Source of the DNA: Mayamaea pseudoterrestris
Taxonomy: Eukaryota
Assembly (NCBI GenBank): GCA_027923505.1
Contig: BROI01000002.1
Location: 2,604,001-2,668,000, forward strand
Direction: 5' to 3'
Length of the DNA stretch: 64,000 nucleotides
Below, piece after piece: positions 57,269 to 64,000 of the stretch (the first letter of the stretch is position 1; every line of letters starts with the position of its first letter). Made by a program: the position numbers and the translations under genes. The notes under the pieces were generated by a model. The model had not been told where the DNA came from. It saw only the letters and a list, made by a program, of their open reading frames with translations, and searched no databases.

Positions 57269-57850
57269 ATGACGTCGCCGCAATCCTACGGACAAACGTC
57301 TTCCACTCTATGGGGTCCTCATCTTTTAAATGACGGCGACGGAAACAACATTGAAGTATCGGTGCACACGCTACCCAAGCCACTCCAGCGAGAGTTTAAC
57401 CACGTGTTTCACGAGTCGAACATGAATCTCGACGGAATGTCGGACAATGAAGATGCCGTCTTTTTAGCCATACCAACAAACCAGCAAGCCCGCGTCGATC
57501 TGGTGGCTGTCGGAGATCATATAGAACAAGAAAAGGATAGACTGTTGAATGTCTTTATGGATTTCGCAAGAGTTGTTTGCCACAAGTTAAAAGGTGCTGG
57601 GTACTGGAGCGATTTCATCGACCCTTGCAGTGGTTTGCCCATGCTCACCTTGGACTGCTCCAAGGTTTACTCGGAGGTTGATGGAATGGAATGCTGCCTC
57701 GGCTACAAGAGTTACAATGCTGGGTTTTGCAAAATTCTTACGCATCCTCGGTGGGGAAGCAGTGTGTATCCGGCGACAATATTTTGCTATGCACCCAAGG
57801 CCGTGGTCATTGAAATTATTACGAAGACATATCCACTAGATACTAAGTAG
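57269..57850 (+). CDS. MMADHC: Cobalamin trafficking protein CblD/MMADHC-like (C-terminal domain)
   Basis: EQEKDRLL..FMDFA..VC..L..AGYWSDFIDPCSGLP, LGY....G.CKILTHPRWGSSVYPATIF..AP. Confidence 0.88.
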   Translation: MTSPQSYGQTSSTLWGPHLLNDGDGNNIEVSVHTLPKPLQREFNHVFHESNMNLDGMSDNEDAVFLAIPTNQQARVDLVAVGDHIEQEKDRLLNVFMDFARVVCHKLKGAGYWSDFIDPCSGLPMLTLDCSKVYSEVDGMECCLGYKSYNAGFCKILTHPRWGSSVYPATIFCYAPKAVVIEIITKTYPLDTK

Positions 57851-57892
57851 CTTTGGCGATACATATAATAAGTAGGTATTAATACGCGCCAT

Positions 57893-58375
57893 TTACGAAA
57901 ACAACTTTTTGGTCATGATTGAAACAAACTCGTCAAAAGTGACGTGATCCCCGCCTGATTGCGAGGCTCTGCTGATCATTTCCTCAAGCTCTTCGTTCGT
58001 CATGCTTTCTCCCAAATCTGTTGAGACTGCGCGGAGGTCATTCACACCAAGATATCCCTTGCCATTTGTGTCGAACATGTCAAAGATTCTACGATGCTCA
58101 TCTCGATTGTCGTCTGGTCCTCCGCGCTGAACGACGAGTTGAACAAATTCATCCATGGACATCAAGTGATCGTCAGGGAGTGCCTGAAGAGCCACTAAAG
58201 CTCCTTCAACTGGCGCGTTACCATCATTGGAAATTTGCCGCAGTACATCATGTAGGTCTCGAGCAAGAATCTTCCCTTTCTTTTCTGTATCGAAAAGTTC
58301 AAAAGCTCGGCGAATGTCCTGGAGCTCAAACCGACTGAGCTGCGTATCTAAAGCGTCTTGTTCCAAAGTTTCCAT
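57893..58375 (-). CDS. Centrin/calmodulin-like EF-hand protein
   Basis: IRRAFELFDTEKKGKI, IFDMFDTNGKGYL, DLRAVSTDLGESMTNEELEEMI and VTFDEFVSIMTKK. ATG at 58375. Confidence 0.85.
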   Translation of the reverse strand: METLEQDALDTQLSRFELQDIRRAFELFDTEKKGKILARDLHDVLRQISNDGNAPVEGALVALQALPDDHLMSMDEFVQLVVQRGGPDDNRDEHRRIFDMFDTNGKGYLGVNDLRAVSTDLGESMTNEELEEMISRASQSGGDHVTFDEFVSIMTKKLFS

Positions 58376-58529
58376 GTTAATATACTTATATAAGATATTG
58401 TTGCGGTATTCTATACGAAAAATGGCGATGTTGTACTGCATCTACCAACGTAAAGCCAGCAAAAAGGCGTCGAAAGCACATACCGACGCAGCGGTTTTAG
58501 CTGCGACAGCGCGGTTTGCATGGGCTCCC

Positions 58530-61500
58530 GGCCTGCAAACTTCGTGGCCCCAGGCTTGTCCACAGTAGCTGACTGCCACAACCCAGTCCAACAGCCAGAG
58601 AGGTGTCAATTGATAGCTGGCAGTTGACAGGCATAGTTTCATAATGTCAAAAGTGCAATGAATTCATCATTAGCCCATGTAGTCTCCAAGTTCTGTGACA
58701 GGGACTGCCAGAATTTCATGTCCCCAGGCTTGTCCTCAGTATCTGGCTGCCATAACCCAGTCCAACAGCCAGAGAGGGGTCAATTGATAGCTGGCAGTTG
58801 ACAAGCATTGTTTCATCATGTCAAAAGTGCAATGCATTCATCACTAGCCCATGTAGTCTCCTAATCTGTGACAGGGACTGCCAGCATTTCATGTCCCCAG
58901 GCTTGTCCTCAGTAGCTGGCTGCCATAACCCACTCCAACAGCCAGAGAGGTGTCAATTGATAGCTGGCAGTTGACAGGCATTGTTTCATCATGTCAAAAG
59001 TGCAATGCATTCATCACTAGCCCATGTAGTCTCCAAGTTCCATGACAGGGACTGCCAGAATTTCATGTCCCCAGGCTTGTCCTCAGTAGCTGGCCACCAT
59101 AACCCACTCCAACAGCCAGAGACGTGTCAATTGATAGCTGGCAGTTGACAGGCATTGTTTCATGATGTCAAAAATGCAATGCATTCATCAATAGCCCATG
59201 CAGTCTCCAAGTTCTGTGACAGGGACTGCCGGAATTTCATGTCCCCAGGCTTGTCCTCAGTAGCTGGCCGCCATAACCCACTCCAACAGCCAGAGTGGTG
59301 TCAATTGATAGCTGGCAATTGACAGGCATTGTTTTATGATGTCAGTAGTGCAATGCATTCATCAATAGCCCATGTAGTCTCCAAGTTCTGTGACAGGGAC
59401 TGCCAGACATGTCCCCAGGCTTGTCCACAGCAGCTCGCTGCCATAACCCAGTCCAACAGCCAGAGAGGTGTTAATTGTGAGCTGGCAGTTCAAAGGCATC
59501 CTTTGTTGATATCAAAATTGCAATGCATTCATCACTAGCTCATGTAGTCTCCAAGTTCCATGACAGGGACTGCCAGCATTTCATGTCCCCAGGCTTGTCC
59601 TCAGTAGCTGGCCGCCATAACCCACTCCAACAGCCAGAGTGGTATCAATTGATAGCTGGCAGTTGACAGGCATTGTTTCATCATGTCAAAAGTGCAATGC
59701 ATTCATCACTAGCCCATGTAGTCTCCAAGTTCTGTGACAGGGACTGCCAGCATTTCATGTCCCAAGGCTTGTCCACAGTAGCTGGCTGCCATAACCCACT
59801 CCAACAGCCAGAGAGGTGTCAATTGATAGCTGGCAGTTGACAAGCATTGTTTCATGATGTCAAAAGTGCAATGCATTCATCACTAGCCCATGTAGTCTCC
59901 AAGTTCCATGACAGGGACTGCCATCATTTCGTGTCCCAAGGCTTGTCCTCAGTAGCTGGCTGCCATAACCCACTCCAACAGCCAGAGAGGTGTCAATTGA
60001 TAGCTGGCAGTTGACAGGCATTGTTTCATGATGTTAAAAGTGCAATGCATTCATCACTAGCCCATGTAGTCTCCAAGTTCCATGACAGGGACTGCCAGCA
60101 TTTCATGTCCCCAGGCTTGTCCTCAGTAGCTGGCCACCATAACCCACTCCAACAGCCAGAGTTATATCAATTGATAGCTGACAGTTGACAGACATTGTTT
60201 CATCATGTCAAAAGTGCAATGCATTCATCATTAGCCCATGCAGTCTCCAAGTTCTGTGACAGGGACTGCCAGCATTTCATGTCCCAAGGCTTGTCCCCCC
60301 AGTAGCTGGCTGCCATGAACCACTCCAACAGGCAGAGAGGACTGGCATTGAGTACAAGCATTGTCTTCATGATGTCAAAAGTGCAATGCATTCATCACTA
60401 GCCCATGTAGTCTCCAACGACAGGGACTGCCAGCATTTCATGTCCCCAGGCTTGTCCTCGTAGCTGGCCGCCATAACCCACTCCAACAGCCAGAGTGAGT
60501 CAATTGATGCTGGCAGTTGACAGGCATTGTTTCATCATGTCAAAAGTGCAATGCATTCATCACTAGCTCATGTAGTCTCCAAGTTCCATGACAGGGACTG
60601 CCAGCATTTCATGTCCCCAGGCTTGTCCTGTTGGCTGCCCTCCCCACAACTGGTAGCTGGCAGTTGACAGGCATTGTTTCATCATGTCAAAAGTGCAATG
60701 CATTCCTCACTAGCCCATGTAGTCTCCAAGTTCTGTGACAGGGACTGCCAGAATTGCATGTCTCAAGGCTTGTCCCCAGTAGCTGGCTGCCATGAACCAC
60801 TCCAACAGCCAGAGTGGTATCAATTGATAGCTGGCAGTTGACAGGCATTGTTTCATGATGTCAAAAGTGCAATGCATTCATCACTAGCCCATGTAGTCTC
60901 CAAGTTCCATGACAGGGACTGCCAGCATTTCATGTCCCCAGGCTTGTCCTCAGTAGCTGGCTGCCATGACCCACTCCAACAGCCAGAGTGGTGTCAACTG
61001 GTAGCTGGAAGTTGACAGGCATTGTTTCATCATGTCAAAAGTGCAATGCATTCATCACTAGCCCATGTAGTCTCCAAGTTCTGTGACAGGGACTGCCAGC
61101 ATTTCATGTCCCCAGGCTTGTCCTCAGTAGCTGGCTGCCATGACCCACTCCAACAGCCAGAGTGGTGTCAATTGATAGCTGGCAGTTGACAGGCATTGTT
61201 TCATCATGTCAAAAGTGCAATGCATTCATCATTAGCCCATGCAGTCTCCTAGTTCTGTGACAGGGACTGCCAGCATTTCATGTCCCAAGGCTTGTCCCCA
61301 GTAGCTGGCTGCCATAACCCACTCCAACAGCCAGAGAGGTGTCAATTGATAGCTGGCAGTTGACAGGCATTGTTTCATGATGTCAAAAGTGCAATGCATT
61401 CATCACGCCATGTAGTCTCCAAGTTCCATGACAGGGACTGCCAGCATTTCATGTCCCCAGGCTTGTCCTCAGTAGCTGGCTGCCATGACCCACTCCAACA

Positions 61501-61541
61501 GCCAGAGTGGTATCAATTGATAGCTGGCAGTTGACAGGCAT
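58530..61541. repeat. 174-bp tandem satellite, block 1 (~17 monomers)
   Basis: caggcttgtc recurs at 58551, 58725, 58898, 59072 and 59246 (period 173-174). Monomers are highly similar. Confidence 0.98.
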
Positions 61542-62470
61542 TCCTCATCTTTTGCGGTGACGGCGACGAAACAACATTGGTATCGGTGCACACGCTACCC
61601 AAGCCACTCCCGGCGAGTTTTCAACGTGTTTCACGGAGTCGAACATGAATCTCGACCGGATGTCGGACAGCAGAAGATGCCGTCACTTTGGCCATACCAG
61701 CAAGCCAACGAATACGTCGATCTGGTGGCTGTCGGAGATCATATAGAACAAGAAAGGATAGACTGTTGAATGTCTTTATGGATTTCGCAAGAGTTGTTTG
61801 CCACAAGTTAAAAGGTGCTGGGTACTGGAGCCGATTTCATGACCCTTGCAGTGGTTTGCTGTATACCTTGTTCACTCCAAGGTTTACTCCGGAGGTTGAT
61901 GGAATGGAATGCTGCCTCGGCTACAAGAGTTACAATGCTGGGTTTTACTAGATTCTTACGCATCCTCGGTGGGAAGCAGTGTATCCGGCGACAATATTTG
62001 CTATGCGGCGTGGTCATTAAAAATTATTACGAGAACATCCACTAGATACTAAAGTAGCTTTGGCGATACATATAATAAGTAGGTGATATTACTTGCCATT
62101 TGAAAACAACTTTGGTCATGATTGACAAACTCGTCAAAGTGACATGAGTCCCGCCTGGACCACGCAGATATTGATCAGCTCTCCAGCCGCTGACCGATCA
62201 TGGCATATGAATCCTGTTGGAGACTGCGAGGTCATGCATTCATCACTAGCCCATGTAGTCTCCAAGTGGCCTCTCTGTGACAGGGACTGCCAGCATTTCA
62301 TGTCCCCAGGCTTGTCCTCAGTAGTGGCTGCCATGACCCACTCGACAACAGCCAAGTGGGAATTGCAGCTGGTACATCAGTTTGCCGAGGCAAGACTTCT
62401 TTCTTTCATCATGTCAAAAGTTCAAATGTGTCCTGACCCGACTGCAGCTTGTCTAAAGCGCTTGTCCTCC
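61542..62470 (+). pseudogene. Indel-ridden copy of 57316-~58365 (MMADHC + centrin) embedded in and partly blended with the satellite; pseudogene or assembly artefact
   Basis: 61542-62057 matches 57316-57850 with many 1-2 bp indels. 62100-62232 matches the centrin 3' end. 62357-62470 mixes centrin and satellite words. Confidence 0.8.
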
Positions 62471-64000
62471 AGTGACTGGCTCCTCTCCAACAGGCAGAGA
62501 GGTGTCAATTGATAGCTGGCAGTTGACAGACATTGTTTCATGATGTCAGAAGTGCAATGCATTCCTCACTAGCCCATGTAGTCTCCAAGTTCTGTGACAG
62601 GGACTGCCAGAATTGCATGTCTCAAGGCTTGTCCCCAGTAGCTGGCTGCCATGAACCACTCCAACAGGCAGAGAGGTGTCAATTGATAGCTGGCAGTTGA
62701 CAGGCATTGTTTCATGATGTCAAAAGTGCAATGCATTCATCACTAGCCCATGTAGTCTCCAAGTTCTGTGACAGGGACTGCCAGCATTTCATGTCCCCAG
62801 GCTTGTCCTCAGTAGCTGGCTGCCATGACCCACTCCAACAGCCAGAGTGGTGTCAACTGGTAGCTGGCAGTTGACAGGCATTGTTTCATCATGTCAAAAG
62901 TGCAATGCATTCATCACTAGCCCATGTAGTCTCCAAGTTCTGTGACAGGGACTGCCAGAATTGCATGTCTCCAGGCTTGTCCACAGTAGCTGACTGCCAT
63001 AAACCACTCCAACAGCCAGAGAGGTGTCAATTGACAGCTGACAGTTGACAAGCATTGTTTCATGATATTACAAGTGCAATGCATTCATCACTAGCCCATG
63101 TAGTCTCCAAGTTCTGTGACAGGGACTGCCAGCATTTCATGTCCCCAGGCTTGTCCTCAGTAGCTGGCTGCCATAACCCACTCCAACAGCCAGAGTTATA
63201 TCAATTGATAGCTGGCAGTTGACAGACATTGTTTCATGATGTCAGAAGTGCAATGCATTCATCAATAGCCCATGCAGTCTCCAAGTTCTGTGACAGGGAC
63301 TGCCAGCATTTCATGTCCCAAGGCTTGTCCCCAGTAGCTGGCTGCCATGAACCACTCCAACAGCCAGAGAGGTGTCAATTGATAGCTGGCAGTTGCCAGG
63401 CATTGAACTGTGATGTTAAAAGTGCAATGCATTCATCACTAGCTCATGTATTCTCCAAGTTCCATGACAGGGACTGCCAGCATTTCATGTCCCCAGGCTT
63501 GTCCTCAGTAGCTGGCCGCCATAACCCACTCCAACAGCCAGAGTGGTGTCAATTGATAGCTGGCAGTTGACAGGCATTGTTTCATCATGTCAAAAGTGCA
63601 ATGCATTCATCACTAGCCCATGTAGTCTCCAAGTTCCATGACAGGGACTGCCAGCATTTCATGTCCCCAGGCTTGTCCTCAGTAGCTGGCCGCCATAACC
63701 CACTCCAACAGCCAGAGAGGTGTCAATTGATAGCTGGCAGTTGACAGGCATTGTTTCATGATGTCAAAAATGCAATGCATTCATCAATAGCCCATGCAGT
63801 CGCCAAGTTCTGTGACAGGGACTGCCTGAATTTCATGTCCCCAGACTTGTCCGTCCTCAGTAGCTGGCCGCCATAACCCACTCCAACAGCCAGAGTGGTG
63901 TCAATTGATAGCTGGCAGTTGGCAGGCATTGTTTCATCATGTCAAAAGTGCAATGCATTCATCACTAGCCCATATAGTCTCCAAGTTCCATGACAGGGAC
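62471..64000. repeat. 174-bp tandem satellite, block 2 (~9 monomers, runs off the window)
   Basis: Same monomer as block 1, continuing to the last base. Confidence 0.98.

Noticed and set aside
58442..63570. Short ORFs within the satellite
   Set aside because: They are by-products of the tandem repeat and are interrupted by stops in neighbouring monomers.

Overview
Gene-dense eukaryotic nuclear DNA, most likely a diatom or another ochrophyte. The evidence is short GT-AG introns (62-133 bp) and several signal-peptide + ASAFAP-type plastid presequences. Bases 1-58.4 kb hold about 28 tightly packed, often divergently paired genes: a PHT4-type anion transporter, a double-PH protein, NAC-beta, an EntD-type PPTase, a ~3540-aa ATM kinase, PCF11, MAK11/PAK1IP1, an all-Cys Rieske-like plastid protein, SET1, a VPS9 GEF, ISE2-like helicase, UPF0489, QTRT2, TRAP1, LPA3, a nucleotidyltransferase-like protein, NPL4, stromal processing peptidase, SDH3, MMADHC and a centrin-like protein. 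There is also a decayed COQ5 pseudogene. The most unusual non-coding structures are two separate 179-bp arrays, each four 42-bp TGACGT-led units plus an 11-bp tail and each sitting in a divergent promoter. From ~58.5 kb to the end runs a 174-bp tandem satellite that is CpG-eroded, contains a palindrome and shares a motif with the 42-bp unit. The satellite is interrupted by an indel-ridden copy of the MMADHC/centrin region that may be an assembly artefact. All gene identities come from motif recognition by eye, not database searches.
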